Of a stretch of 64,000 bases of DNA, positions 1 through 9,980 are shown piece by piece; the first letter of the stretch is position 1; every line of letters starts with the position of its first letter. The position numbers and the translations under genes are program-made. This DNA is from Alphaproteobacteria bacterium (lineage in GTDB: Bacteria > Pseudomonadota > Alphaproteobacteria > UBA6615): contig CBDHDN010000064.1 in the NCBI GenBank assembly GCA_965261585.1, forward strand, positions 51,824 through 115,823, in the 5' to 3' direction. Below the pieces are notes generated by a model, which made no database searches, had not been told where the DNA came from, and worked only from the letters and a program-made list of their open reading frames with translations.

Positions 1-625
1 ATCCCATCCCCGACCTTGAGCGGGTTCGTGTCATAGCCGCGCACACATCAGGCGAGCACGCCCCGAGATCGGGATCGTCGCTATCGCCGATGGCGCCGCC
101 GACAACTGGACCTTCCTGGAGACCCTGTCGCCCGAAACCGAGGTGATCGACTTCTGGCATGCTTGCGAACATCTGCAAACCGCGTCCGACCATGCCGTGG
201 CGCCCGGCTGGTTCGAGAAGTACCGCGAGATCCTCCGTCACGATCCCCGTGGCGTCGCCAAGGTGATCCGGGCGCTGCGCCACCTTCGCGATGCCGCCGC
301 TGCGCCGGACCGGGCCGAGACCGAGCGGGAACTCGCCTTCTTCCGCAAGCATCGCCATCGCATGCGCTACCACGCCCTGAAGGAAGAGGGCATCGCCATC
401 GGCTCAGGCGTGGTCGAGGCTGCCAACAAGACCCTGGTGACACAGCGCATGAAGCGCTCCGGCATGCGCTGGCGGATCGTCGGCGGACAGGCTGTTCTGA
501 CCTTCCGCGCCCCGATCAAATCCGGCCGCTTCGAGCGGGCATGGAAGGCCCTGATCAGCGCAACCGACACACCGGCCAACGACAACATCAGTCCACGTGC
601 AGCAGCCATGGCAATCGCTGCCTGA
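1..625 (+). pseudogene. ISKra4-family transposase, C-terminal fragment (5' end outside window)
   Basis: Translation 143-625 ...EVIDFWHACEHL...VTQRMKRSGMRWRIVGGQAVL... matches the ISKra4-type transposase C-terminus. The same frame is open from 20 with an in-frame TGA at 17-19, so the gene is disrupted or partial. Confidence 0.5.
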
Positions 626-764
626 ACTCAACGAACCAAGCCGCAGACATCACTGCTGAGTCGGACCCGATTTCCTTGGACACAGAATTGGCTTAATCGA
701 AGTGAGGTGGCCTCGCCTATTCGGACAGTCTGGCGGCTGAGTTAAGGTGTATTCCGGTTGTTTC

Positions 765-1700
765 TCAAGCCGCCAGAATCCCTTTCATGCGATCTTCCTG
801 CTGCTGCTGTTGCGCCTGTGGGGATGTGGGCAAGGCGCGGAGCGGCGTGTCCATCATATCCACAGGCGGCTCGCCGCGATATGCCTCGGCCGGGGTCCGC
901 CCGTCCAGCGCCAAGTGCGGCCTCTCAAGGTTGTAAAAGCGGACCCAATCACGGGTCAGGCGCCGGGCGGAGAAGCCGTCGGCGATCTCGTGGAGATAGA
1001 TCGCCTCGTATTTGAGCGAGCGCCACAGCCGCTCGATGAAGATATTGTCCATGCACCGGCCCCTGCCATCCATCGAGATCCGGATGCCGGCCGCCTGCAG
1101 GCGCCCGGTGAAGGCGAAGCTGGTGAACTGGCTGCCCTGGTCGGTGTTGAATATCTCCGGCGCGCCATGCCGGGCCAGGACCTCTTCGAGAGCGTCTGTG
1201 CAGAAGCTCGCGTCCAGCGTGTTCGACAGCCGCCAGGCCAGGACGTACCGGCTCGCCCAGTCCATGATCGCCACCAGGTAAAGGAAGCCGCGCTGCACCG
1301 GGATATAGGTGATATCGGCGCACCAGACATGGTTCGCCCGCTCGATCGCCAGGCCCCGCAGCAGATATGGGTAGACCCGGTGCTCGGGGTGCGGATCGCT
1401 GGTACGCGGCGCCCGATAGATCGCCTGAAGCCCCATCAGGCTCATCAGCCGCCCGGCCCGGCGGCGCCCGATACGCACGCCCTCGCGGCGCAGGTGAAGT
1501 GCCATCCGACGGGCGCCGTAAAACGGATACTTCAGGAAGAGCTCGTCGATCCGCCGCATCAGTGCGAGCGTCTCGGCGCTCTCCCCCGTCGGCTCGTAGT
1601 AGAGCGAGGAACGTCCGACCGACAGCAGGCGGCATTGCCGGCTCAGGCTCAACGCCGGGTGGTCGCGCACAACCATCGCGCGCCGCTCCGCCCGGCTCAT
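765..1700 (-). CDS. IS3-family transposase OrfB (rve/DDE integrase core)
   Basis: HVWCADITYI...VAIMDWASRYVLAW...FNTDQGSQFTS...ERLWRSLKYE... matches an rve-domain DDE transposase. It overlaps orfA by 4 nt, the usual OrfAB frameshift arrangement. Confidence 0.75.
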   Translation of the reverse strand: MSRAERRAMVVRDHPALSLSRQCRLLSVGRSSLYYEPTGESAETLALMRRIDELFLKYPFYGARRMALHLRREGVRIGRRRAGRLMSLMGLQAIYRAPRTSDPHPEHRVYPYLLRGLAIERANHVWCADITYIPVQRGFLYLVAIMDWASRYVLAWRLSNTLDASFCTDALEEVLARHGAPEIFNTDQGSQFTSFAFTGRLQAAGIRISMDGRGRCMDNIFIERLWRSLKYEAIYLHEIADGFSARRLTRDWVRFYNLERPHLALDGRTPAEAYRGEPPVDMMDTPLRALPTSPQAQQQQQEDRMKGILAA

Positions 1701-1981
1701 CGACCGGACCCGCGCGATAAAAAATCCCGCTCCACGATCAACTCCCCGATCTTGGCGTGAAGATCGCGGACCTCGCTCTCATGGTCCCGGACCCGCCGCT
1801 CGGCGCCCTTCGAGAACACCTCGACCAGACCCTCGATCGCCTGGCGCTTCCAGGCGCCCACCTGATTCGGATGGACCTGGTGCTGCGAGGCGATCTCCTG
1901 CAGCGTCCGCTCGCCCCGGAGCGCCTCCAGCGCCACCTTCGTCTTCAGCTCCCCTGAAAATCTCCGTCGCTTGCTGCTCAT
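1697..1981 (-). CDS. IS3-family transposase OrfA (HTH)
   Basis: MSSKRRRFSGELKTKVALEALRGERTLQEIASQHQVHPNQVGAWKRQ..., a typical IS3-family OrfA N-terminus. Confidence 0.7.
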   Translation of the reverse strand: MSSKRRRFSGELKTKVALEALRGERTLQEIASQHQVHPNQVGAWKRQAIEGLVEVFSKGAERRVRDHESEVRDLHAKIGELIVERDFLSRGSGR

Positions 1982-2069
1982 CTGTATTCCTCCGTCAGAC
2001 AGTGGAATACACCTTAACGACCTGTCCAATTTCCGGGGCCACCTCGAAGTGTCCAAGGAGGACCGGAAC

Positions 2070-2480
2070 ATGACCGATAATTTTGAGAAGAAAGTTGCTG
2101 TTGATGGGCCTGTGGTAAATGCGGGCGAGCTTGGCTCGTCCACGTTTTCCCCAGGCCAGGCTTTGCCGGCAGGCCCGCTGGGACTTGGCCAGCGATGGAC
2201 GGTGGCGCGCAAGCGTGAGGTCGTTCTGCGGCTTTTGCGTGACGAGCCGGTGCAACTTCTGTCGCGCCAGTTGGGCGTAGAGATCTTCCGGCTCGAGCAG
2301 TGGCGTGAGAAAGCGATCGGCGGGATCGACGCCTCGCTCAAGCAACGCAAGGGCGATCCGGTGCAGGCGGAACTGGATAGCGCCATGAAGCGGATCGGAG
2401 AGTTGACCATGCAGGTGGAACTGCTGGAGGCCAAGACGGAGACCTTCGGCCCTTTGGGGCGGCGGAGGTCGCGGCGATGA
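2070..2480 (+). CDS. ISx OrfA (HTH/leucine-zipper protein)
   Basis: AAGGAGG sits 7 nt before ATG 2070. Protein MTDNFEKKVAVDG...LTMQVELLEAKTETFGPLGRRRSRR is identical in the four copies. The heptamer C CCT TTG at 2450-2456 lies in the zero frame. Confidence 0.65.
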   Translation: MTDNFEKKVAVDGPVVNAGELGSSTFSPGQALPAGPLGLGQRWTVARKREVVLRLLRDEPVQLLSRQLGVEIFRLEQWREKAIGGIDASLKQRKGDPVQAELDSAMKRIGELTMQVELLEAKTETFGPLGRRRSRR

Positions 2481-3262
2481 GTGCCGCCACCTCGCCCGGC
2501 ACGGGTCTGGCCTACGGCCTGCGGCGGGTCTGCGCCGCCTGGGGCATGGCCCGCTCCTCGTTCTACGCCATGACCTCCGGCCAGCACGCCGAGCAGCCGC
2601 CGGCAAAGCGTCGGGGACCGAAGCCCGCGATCTCGGACCAGGCGCTGCTGGTGGCGATCGAAGCCGACCTGGAGGCATCGCCCTGGGAGGGCGAGGGCTA
2701 CCGCAAGGTCTGGGCTCGGCTTCGGGTCTGTCGCGACATCCGGGTTGCCCGCAAGCGGGTGCTCCGCCTGATGCGCGAGAACAATCTGCTCTCGCCCCAT
2801 CGCTGCCGCCGCCGTGGCGGCAATCCCCATGACGGTGAGATCATCACTCATGCCCCGAACCTCATGTGGGGCACCGATGGCGTTCGGGTGTTCACGGTGG
2901 ACGACGGCTGGGGCTGGATCTTCACCGCCGTCGAGCATTGGAACGCCGAGTGTGTCGGCTGGCATGTCTGCAAGCGCGGCGACCGCTTCGCCGCCCTGCA
3001 GCCGATCTCCATGGGGCTTGCCGGGCTGTATGGCTCGACCGCGGCCGGCGCGGCTCGGGGGCTGGCCTTGCGGATGGATCACGGCTCCCAGTATCTGTCG
3101 GACCACTTCACCAACCAGATCAAGTTCTGGGGTATCCAGCCGTCCTACGCCTTCGTCGCCGAGCCCCAGACCAACGGCGTCGCCGAGCGGTTCAATCGCA
3201 CGCTGAAGGAACAGATCATCCATGGTCGCATCTACCGCAACATCGCGGAGCTGCGGGACGCC
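2477..3262 (+). pseudogene. ISx OrfB (rve integrase), 3'-truncated
   Basis: Identical to the 301-aa OrfB of copy 3 up to ...IAELRDA, then diverges (open frame runs to 3310). The ATG overlaps the orfA TGA (ATGA). Confidence 0.65.
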
Positions 3263-3387
3263 TGCACGGCGTCGTGCCCAAGTGGCTTGCAGAATGCTGA
3301 TCGCCTTTGACGCGATTTCACGGCCGATGCAGTTCGTTGATTGCGACGAAGTCGCTGACGGAGTAACCGGGGCAAAAGACCGGGCGG

Positions 3388-4720
3388 CTAGGCCATTTCC
3401 ATGCATCGTTGTCTGACGAGGCCGGGTAGAGATGGCACCGGTGTTGCGTTCGGGACCTGGAGACGGTCGCCGAGATAATGCCAATATGAGATCCCGAGCT
3501 TTCGGCAGGTCTTCATCAGCCCGATGAAGGTGTCGCGGGCCTGCTTGCCGGATTGCGAGCGGGTGCCGGCGGAGAGTTTTCGCCGGGTGACCATGGCGCG
3601 GATGTCGTTTTCCGAGCCATTGGTATTGAGCGGCACCTCCGGGCGGTCGAGGACGACCAGCAATTCGAGCCTGTTGGCGTGGATACGCGCCAGCAGCCGA
3701 TCCAGGGTGATGAAGCCGGTTTTACTGGTGAAGAGCGCATCGAAGCGGCGCGCCAGTTGCCCGCCGAGCCTTTTGCTTGGCTTTCGGCGATAGGCTTTCA
3801 GAGCGGCGTAGAGCGACCAGAGTCGGGCTTGTATGCGTTCCTTTTCCCGCCGCTGGTGATCGGTGAAGGCATCCAGCTTGTGGATCAACCGCTCGGCGTG
3901 AACCCAGCACAAGGCATGCCGGCCGACATTGAACTGACCGGCGTCGTCGCTGAGGATCACGGTGTCGGCCAGCAGTCCGTGCGCCTGGATGGCGCCCCAC
4001 AAAGCGCCTTCGGTGGCGATCCGCACCGGCTCGGGATGGACGTTCAGGGCGGTAATGCCAAGCTGCTCCAGGTGGGCCATCCAGGCCCCTTCACTGGCAA
4101 AGCGCCGGGATTTACACCCGTTGCCGGGCGCTTCGGCCAAGCGGGCAATCACCGGGCCGGCCAGATTGCGGGCGCTTGGAGATATCGACGCCGAGATCAC
4201 GCAATAGTCTCGTCAAACGTTCCACGCTGGTTTGGGCCCCGTGGTATTGGGCCAACACGAAGCGGCGAAGCTCGGCGCCGAAATGACCCCGCGTCCCCGC
4301 CGGCAAGGGCGCCACCACATAAGCACCCTCCGGGGTCAGCCAGCGCTCGCGGCGCAACAGAACATTGTACGGCCGGCAGACCAGATCCTGAACCAGATAA
4401 TCCTCATAACCCTTGAAGCGCGAACCCGCCGGTGCCTCGGCCGCGACCACGCGCCTCTCATCGATCGCAACCCGGCCTTTCTTGGCCCGACGCCGCGCCT
4501 TGTTGGCCGCCCGACCCGCCTTGCCCCGAGACCGGGCTTCTCCATCCATGCCGCTGGGCTTGATATCCGGCGGCCCGGAAAGGCCTTTAAGGCGGCGGAT
4601 CTCTTCACGCAACACCGCGTTCTCGGCACGCAAAGCCGCCTGATCTTCAAGAAGTTCCAAAACCAACGCCTTCAGGGAGGTGATATCAAGCTCGTCGATA
4701 TCCGGAGGCGATTCGGTCAT
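3388..4720 (-). pseudogene. IS66-family transposase TnpC-like, frameshifted
   Basis: N-terminal part 4720->4112 (...FKGYEDYLVQDLV...) and C-terminal part 4200->3388 (...HALCWVHAERLIHKL...VPLNTNGSENDIRAMV...) lie in different frames and overlap at 4112-4200. No tnpA/tnpB upstream. Element ends not resolved. Confidence 0.6.
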
Positions 4721-4791
4721 AACCGGATCGAATCACAACAATGACGCACACGATATCGCTATCTTGTGGCGCGGCTCAACAATTGCCCCAT

Positions 4792-5678
4792 ATGTGGCGG
4801 ATCAGACTCACCGCACCCGAGCCTCACCTGCCCGGCCTTTTGCCCCGGTTACCTGACGGAGTGTTCGGTGTGCAACGCGGATGGGCGCACCGGCAGGTCG
4901 CTGCAGGCGATCCGCCGGCGCCCATCATCAGGGTCCGCAAGACCGAACGCGGCTTCGTCTGCGTCTCTCCGCGCCTGTCAACCCCGTCGAAATGCCGGGA
5001 GAAGATACGGACCAACCTGCTTCGAGCCGTAGGTATTTGTCATTCTGAGCTCATGAATGTGTACCTTCGTGAGCACAGCGACCTTATGTGCTTGCATGCG
5101 GGTGCGGTCGCGTTCGATGGCGCGCTGGTCGTCCTGGCCGGGGCACGCACCAGGCGGGCAAGAGTACGCTGGTCACCGGGCTCGCAGCGGCCGGCGTGCG
5201 CGTGTTCTGCGACGACGTGCTGCCCATCGATGGCGAGGGCTGCGGTGTTGCCATCGGGTTGGTTCCCAGGCTCCGACTGCCGATGGCCGAGGATCTGAGC
5301 CGCGCCTTCCACGATTTCGTCGATACAAGGCGGGGCGTCGAGAACAGCCGCAACCTCTACATGGATCTGCGCGACGAGGAGTGCGCACGGCTCGGCGCCC
5401 GCGCGCCCGTCAACGGCGTCGTCGTGCTCGACCGCGATCCGGCGGCGGCGCCGATGATCACGCCGATCAAGAAAAGCGAGGCCTTGAAGCGGCTGATTGT
5501 GCGCAACATCGCCAGCGACGTGACGGCAGTGGATTTTGTCGACCGCCTGCACGGGATCGTTGCCGGCGGGCCCTGCTTCAGCCTGCGCTATGCCAGGTGC
5601 GACGAGGCCGTGAGTCTACGGGAGGGTGAGTTCGGGTCCGCGTCGGCACGGCGGGCGGCCCAGTGCCCACTATCGTAG
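4792..5678 (+). pseudogene. HprK-related kinase (HPr kinase C-terminal-domain-like P-loop protein), frameshifted
   Basis: Frame A gives ...MCLHAGAVAFDGALVVLAG and frame B continues ...QAGKSTLVTGLAAAGVRVFCDDVLPIDGEG... (GxxxxGKST). The frames switch near 5140-5150. An alternative start is 4741. Confidence 0.55.
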
Positions 5679-5896
5679 AAGCGTGCGGCCCCCACCCTTC
5701 GACAAGCTCTGGGTGAGGCCCTCATGCTGAGCTTGTCGAAGTATGCGGGCCGGCCGCTCGGTGACTCAGTCTCCAATGAAAGCAAGTACTAGTGCACCGA
5801 CTCAGTCAGAGCCGTCACAGTGGAAATCTGATTCTGGATACAAAACAACGGGTTGCTCCAGCGCACGGTGAATCATTTGTCTGGATCGGTGCACTA

Positions 5897-6946
5897 GAGC
5901 ACATCCGGTTTAGACGGAATATCCTGCATTGACGAGGTAGTTTCTGCATTCGGTTGGAGAGAATTCATCGAGGGCGTTTCCAATTGCCCGCCAGAGGTCA
6001 TCGACGGTTCTGGCGCCGACCTTGCGGAGAATGGCTTTGAGCTTGGCGAAGACCTGTTCGATGGGATTGAGATCGGGGCTGTAGGGCGGCAGGTAGAGCG
6101 GGGTTGCGCCGACCGCCTCAATGGCCTCGTGTACGCCGGCGACCTTGTGGGAGGAGAGGTTGTCCATGATGACGATGTCGCCCGCGGACAGGGTCGGGAC
6201 CAGGGCTTGCTGGACCCAGGCAAGGAAGCTTGCGCCGTTGATCGGGCCATCGAAAACGCAGGGCGCGGTGATCCGGTCGTGACGCAGGGCGGCAATGAAC
6301 GTGGTTGTCTTCCAGTGGCCATGGGGAATGGCCGCCACCACCCGTTCGCCGCGCGGTGCCCGGCCATAACGCCGGGCCATGTTCGTCCGCGCCCAGGTCT
6401 CGTCGAGAAAGACCAGCCGTTCGGCAATCAGCCCAGGTTGCTCGTTGCGCCAAGTGGCTCGCGCCGCCGCGACGTCAGGGCGCTCCTGCTCGGCGGCGTG
6501 GGCTGTCTTTTTTTGCGACTCAGCCCCTGAGCCAGAAGAAAGTCGCCAAGCGTCGAGCGCTTCGCCTCGATCCCCTCGGCGGCCAGCAAGACGCAAAGCT
6601 CGTCAATGGTGATGTCGCAATTCTCCATCACCAGAGCCCGAATGCGATCGCCATGGGGAGCCAGTTTCGATTTCTTCCAGCCACCGTATTTGTCGGCTTT
6701 GATCGTGCCCCGCTGCTTCCAACGCTGCATCAGCTTCACAACAAAGCTGATGCTCACATCAAATTGCTTCGCCGCCGCATTGCGAGAGGTCCCCGATTCA
6801 ACAACTCGAACAACTCGTTCACGAAGATCTTCCGAATAAGGTCGTGTCATCCATGGCTGGCCTCCTTTAACCCAGCTCATAGCTTGAATCACTTTTTGCG
6901 ACCCTTGGGAATCCCCTTTTTGATTCTGTCTATGCCGGACCCGCTC
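5897..6946 (-). mobile_element. IS630-family insertion sequence
   Basis: Terminal IRs GAGCACATCCGGTTTAGACGGAATATCC / rc GAGCGGGTCCGGCATAGACAGAATCAAAA. Flanked by TA (5895-5896 and 6947-6948) inside a reconstructed CTAG target. Confidence 0.75.
5910..6850 (-). CDS. IS630-family transposase (OrfA 6428-6850 and OrfB 5910-6596 in different frames, overlapping 6428-6596; probable programmed frameshift)
   Basis: Orf[38 protein letters not shown]... (HTH). OrfB ...[13 protein letters not shown]...[11 protein letters not shown]...[20 protein letters not shown]... (DDE_3). Confidence 0.7.
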
Positions 6947-6962
6947 TAGGAGGAGGCTCGAC

Positions 6963-7250
6963 ATGCGGTGCTACACCCGCAATTCCGATCTCGAAAGCCG
7001 CGTCATGGACGATGAGCTGTTCCTGGTCAGCTCCGCGACCGGGGCGATCTTCTGCCTCAACGCCACCGGTGCGGCGCTCTGGAACATGCTGACCGAGCCG
7101 ATGCCTCTGGACGACATTGTCATTGGATTCCGCGACGCCTTCGCCGACATCGACGCCGGGCAGATCGAGCGGGACATCACGGGTATCGTCAAGGAGCTCG
7201 TGCGCCGCGGCGTCGTCGAGCACCAGGAGCAGGCTGGCGCTGGGCCCTAG
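6963..7250 (+). CDS. PqqD-family peptide-modification chaperone (RRE-like)
   Basis: ...DDELFLVSSATGAIFCLNATGAALWNMLTEPMPLDDIVIGFRDAFADID...ITGIVKELVRRGVV. AGGAGG lies 6 nt before ATG 6963, right after the IS630 end. Confidence 0.7.
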   Translation: MRCYTRNSDLESRVMDDELFLVSSATGAIFCLNATGAALWNMLTEPMPLDDIVIGFRDAFADIDAGQIERDITGIVKELVRRGVVEHQEQAGAGP

Positions 7251-7329
7251 AGCTCGGCCGCCGTTCAACGCGCAAGCCGCGCTGTGCAGACGAATCGCTG
7301 GGGCTGCGTGGCGTAGTCGATATTTGGCC

Positions 7330-8892
7330 TCAGTCCACGACCAGCGCAACGCCGGCGCGGCGGGGATCGCCGGCGCCGGTGGCGGTGGGGCCGCGCGGAT
7401 CCAGCGCCGCCGCGTGCACGCCACCGAAGAACATATTCCGGTCCGGCCACGCCTTGTGCTCGCGCGCCAGCGCCGTGGCGGCCGCCACGGCCGGCGGCGC
7501 GAAGCCCGGCTCGATGTCCAGCCGGCCGTCCTCGTTGTGCAACCGCGGGTGGCCGACCGCCTCGTCAACCGGCAGCGCGAAGTCGAGCAGGTTGACGAGC
7601 ACCTGCAGGATCGCCGTGCGAATCCGGTTGGAGCCGCCGGAGCCAAGCGCGGCGACGCGGCCGTCCGGCCAGTCGACGATCGCCGGCGCCATCATCGAGG
7701 CGATGCGCCGGTCCGGCGTCCAGCGGTGGAAGCCGCCCGGGTTCAGGTCGGCCTCGCCAAGCATGTTGTTCGGCATGGTGCCGGTGCCGGGGATGACGGC
7801 ACCGCAGCCCTCGCCGTTGGACAGGCTCATGGCGGCGGCGTTGCCGGCGGCGTCGAGCACGCTGACGTGCGTCGTGCCGCGCTGGGTCGCGGGGTGGTCG
7901 GCGACCGCCGCAGCGTAGGCCGCGACGAAGGCGGGGTCGAGCAGCGCGTCGGCGACGGCCTCGGCGCCGCGCACGTGCAGGCCACTGTCGACGCGCGCCT
8001 TGTTGGTCTGCGCCATCACCTGGGCCAGGGCGGTCACGTGGCGGGCGCTGCCGAACCCGCCGGGCGCAAGCGCCAGCGGCTCCAGCAGCCGAAGCGCGAA
8101 GGCGATCAGCATGCCGCCCCACGACGGCGGCGGGTTGATGGCGATGCGGGCGCCGCGATGGTTCAGCCTCAGCGGCCGCCGCCGCACGACCTGGTAGCCG
8201 GTCAGGTCGGCGAGCGTGATATGGCCGGCATCGCCGGCGCACATGTCGACCAGGGCGGCCGCGATGTCGCCCTCATAGAACGGCCGGTCGCCCTCTTCGG
8301 CCAGCCGGGCCAGCGTGTCCGCCAGTGCCAGCTGGCGGTGGCGCTCGCCGGCCTGGACCAGGCGGTCGGGCGCGGTTGCGCTGCCGAAGCAGGCGCGCGC
8401 CGACGGCGTCGCCGTAAAGATCGCCGCGACGACCTGAAACAGCAGCGCCTGAAAGGGCGTGACCGTGACGCCGTCGCGCGCCAGCGCGATCGCCGGCTCG
8501 AGGATGACCGCGAGCGGCAGCGCGCCGCGCTCGCCATGCACGGCGACGAGGCCGCGCGCCATGCCTGGCGTCGCGATGGCGCCGGCGCCGATGTGGAACT
8601 CCTGGGTCGTCGTGCCGAAGTCGCCCAGCACCGGCCGGAACTCCACGGCCGCGGCCGGGCGGCGCCGGCGCGGCGTGTGGACGAAGAAGTCGTACAGCAC
8701 CTCGTCGCCGTTGGTGTCGCGGGCCAGCAGGAAGCCGCCGCCGCCGAGCGACGCCAGCACCGGCTCGGCGACGCAGGCCGCCGCCAGCGCCGCCAGTGCC
8801 GCGTCGAACGCGTTGCCGCCGGCGCGCAGGACCGTCGCCGCGGCCTCGGCCGTCGCCGCATGCCCGGCCGCCACGGTGCCGCGCAACGTCAC
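7330..8892 (-). CDS. ggt: Gamma-glutamyltransferase family protein (no signal peptide)
   Basis: ...RGTTHVSVLDAAGNAAAMSLSNGEGCGAVIPGTG... has the Thr-nucleophile GGT motif. 520 aa. Confidence 0.8.
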   Translation of the reverse strand: MTLRGTVAAGHAATAEAAATVLRAGGNAFDAALAALAAACVAEPVLASLGGGGFLLARDTNGDEVLYDFFVHTPRRRRPAAAVEFRPVLGDFGTTTQEFHIGAGAIATPGMARGLVAVHGERGALPLAVILEPAIALARDGVTVTPFQALLFQVVAAIFTATPSARACFGSATAPDRLVQAGERHRQLALADTLARLAEEGDRPFYEGDIAAALVDMCAGDAGHITLADLTGYQVVRRRPLRLNHRGARIAINPPPSWGGMLIAFALRLLEPLALAPGGFGSARHVTALAQVMAQTNKARVDSGLHVRGAEAVADALLDPAFVAAYAAAVADHPATQRGTTHVSVLDAAGNAAAMSLSNGEGCGAVIPGTGTMPNNMLGEADLNPGGFHRWTPDRRIASMMAPAIVDWPDGRVAALGSGGSNRIRTAILQVLVNLLDFALPVDEAVGHPRLHNEDGRLDIEPGFAPPAVAAATALAREHKAWPDRNMFFGGVHAAALDPRGPTATGAGDPRRAGVALVVD

Positions 8893-8938
8893 AGCGGGCC
8901 TCGCCGAACCATCGGTCCTCTCCTCACCCCGCCCGCGC

Positions 8939-9889
8939 TCACACCGCGGCAGTTCCGTAGTAGAGCGTCACCACGTGCTGGGCCTCGGCGAAGAACAGCC
9001 AGCGTTCGATCAGCGCGCCGACGCTGACGAGCAGGGCGGCCAGCAACGCGGCGGCGATCGCAGCCACGCCGGCCGGCAGCACGGCGGCGCCGATCGCCAG
9101 CAGCAGCGGCACGACGCCGCCCGTGCGCCACGCCAGGCGGCGCAGACGGCGCGCGTGTTTGCGGGCGATCGTGTAGCCCATCTCGCGCATGACGTAGTTC
9201 TGCTCGGTATGGGGCGCCTCGAACAGGCGCACCGTGCCGAGGCCGCCGAGGCCGGTGGCGCTCTCGGCGGTGCTGCGCGCCGGCGCGTTGTCGATATGGC
9301 GCCAGTAGCCGAGCTTCACGAGCCAGGCGAGCGCCGTTGCCGCCGCGCCGAGCCAGCCGATCCAGGCGACCTCGCGCCCGAACAACACGAGCAGCGCATT
9401 GAGCCACAACGCCCCGGTCGCCAGCGCGAACGCGAGGTAGACCGGCACGACCCAGCCGTTGCTCCAGCGCGGAATCGTCTTCAGGGACGCATAGATCATG
9501 CCGGTGCAGGCCACCGTGATCACGGCCAGCACGGCGGCGGCGATACCGAGCACGGCCCACACGCCGCCATTGCGGCCGAGGAAGATCCAGCCGATCGCGA
9601 ACAGCCCGGCCGGCGCGTATGTCACCAGCGCCACCACGCCCTCGCGGCTCAGCCAGGACGAGCGCCATTGTGTGAGCGCGCGCCACGCCCGTTCGGGGTG
9701 GCCGAGATGGAACATCGACGACAGTAGGCCGAACGTGATCAGCCCGAGCGCGAGGGCGAAGGCGACGAGGCCGAACCAGGGCGTCGGCGCGACCTGGCCA
9801 AGCGCCGCGACGACGCCCAGCAGCGCCAGCACGCCATAGCCGGCGCCGGACGCGGTGGTGAAGAATATGACGGAGGCCGCGGGATGCAC
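8939..9889 (-). CDS. DmsC-family membrane anchor subunit of a molybdoenzyme (SoeC-like)
   Basis: Polytopic membrane protein FTTASGAGYGVLALLG...MFHLGHPERAWRAL... in the DmsC/anchor family. Last gene of the three-gene operon. Confidence 0.6.
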   Translation of the reverse strand: MHPAASVIFFTTASGAGYGVLALLGVVAALGQVAPTPWFGLVAFALALGLITFGLLSSMFHLGHPERAWRALTQWRSSWLSREGVVALVTYAPAGLFAIGWIFLGRNGGVWAVLGIAAAVLAVITVACTGMIYASLKTIPRWSNGWVVPVYLAFALATGALWLNALLVLFGREVAWIGWLGAAATALAWLVKLGYWRHIDNAPARSTAESATGLGGLGTVRLFEAPHTEQNYVMREMGYTIARKHARRLRRLAWRTGGVVPLLLAIGAAVLPAGVAAIAAALLAALLVSVGALIERWLFFAEAQHVVTLYYGTAAV

Positions 9890-9980
9890 CGGATCAGCCC
9901 CATTGCTCGAAATCCCGGATTCGATCCACTGGTCTCCGGTTTAGGAGCGGCGGTGATCCCATAACCAACATGATCCGCAA

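Larger units (their letters stand above)
703..2044 (-). mobile_element. Nested IS3-family element (OrfA + OrfB with rve integrase core)
   Basis: Interrupts ISx copy 1 between aatcgaagtg and tccaagg. Imperfect terminal IRs aggtggcctcgcc...ttaaggtgtattcc / ggaatacacctta...ggccacct. Direct repeat cgaag(tg) on both sides (698-704 and 2045-2051). Exact end is ambiguous by 2 bp. Confidence 0.7.
657..3262 (+). mobile_element. ISx copy 1: IS3-superfamily-like two-ORF element, truncated and split by a nested IS
   Basis: Left end TGAGTCGGACCCGATTTCCTTGGACACAGAATTGG at 657 is identical to the ends of copies at 42670, 43183 and 46826. Sequence 657-704 continues at 2045. Similarity to full copies stops after 3262 (...AELRDA). 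Confidence 0.7.

Noticed and set aside
3388-4780. Missing tnpA/tnpB of the IS66-family element
   Set aside because: Sequence upstream of tnpC encodes the kinase N-terminus, not TnpA/TnpB. The element is probably a single-ORF IS66 relative or a remnant, not an annotation gap.
7117-9027. 636-aa ORF on the plus strand (and similar long ORFs 11140-14022, 18455-20302, 38548-39650, 52262-54085)
   Set aside because: All lie antisense to well-recognised genes (ggt, Mo-enzyme subunit, prsT1, GNAT/ABC remnants, GST/SDR). They are Arg/Ala/Gly/Pro-rich low-complexity translations, typical of high-GC antisense frames.
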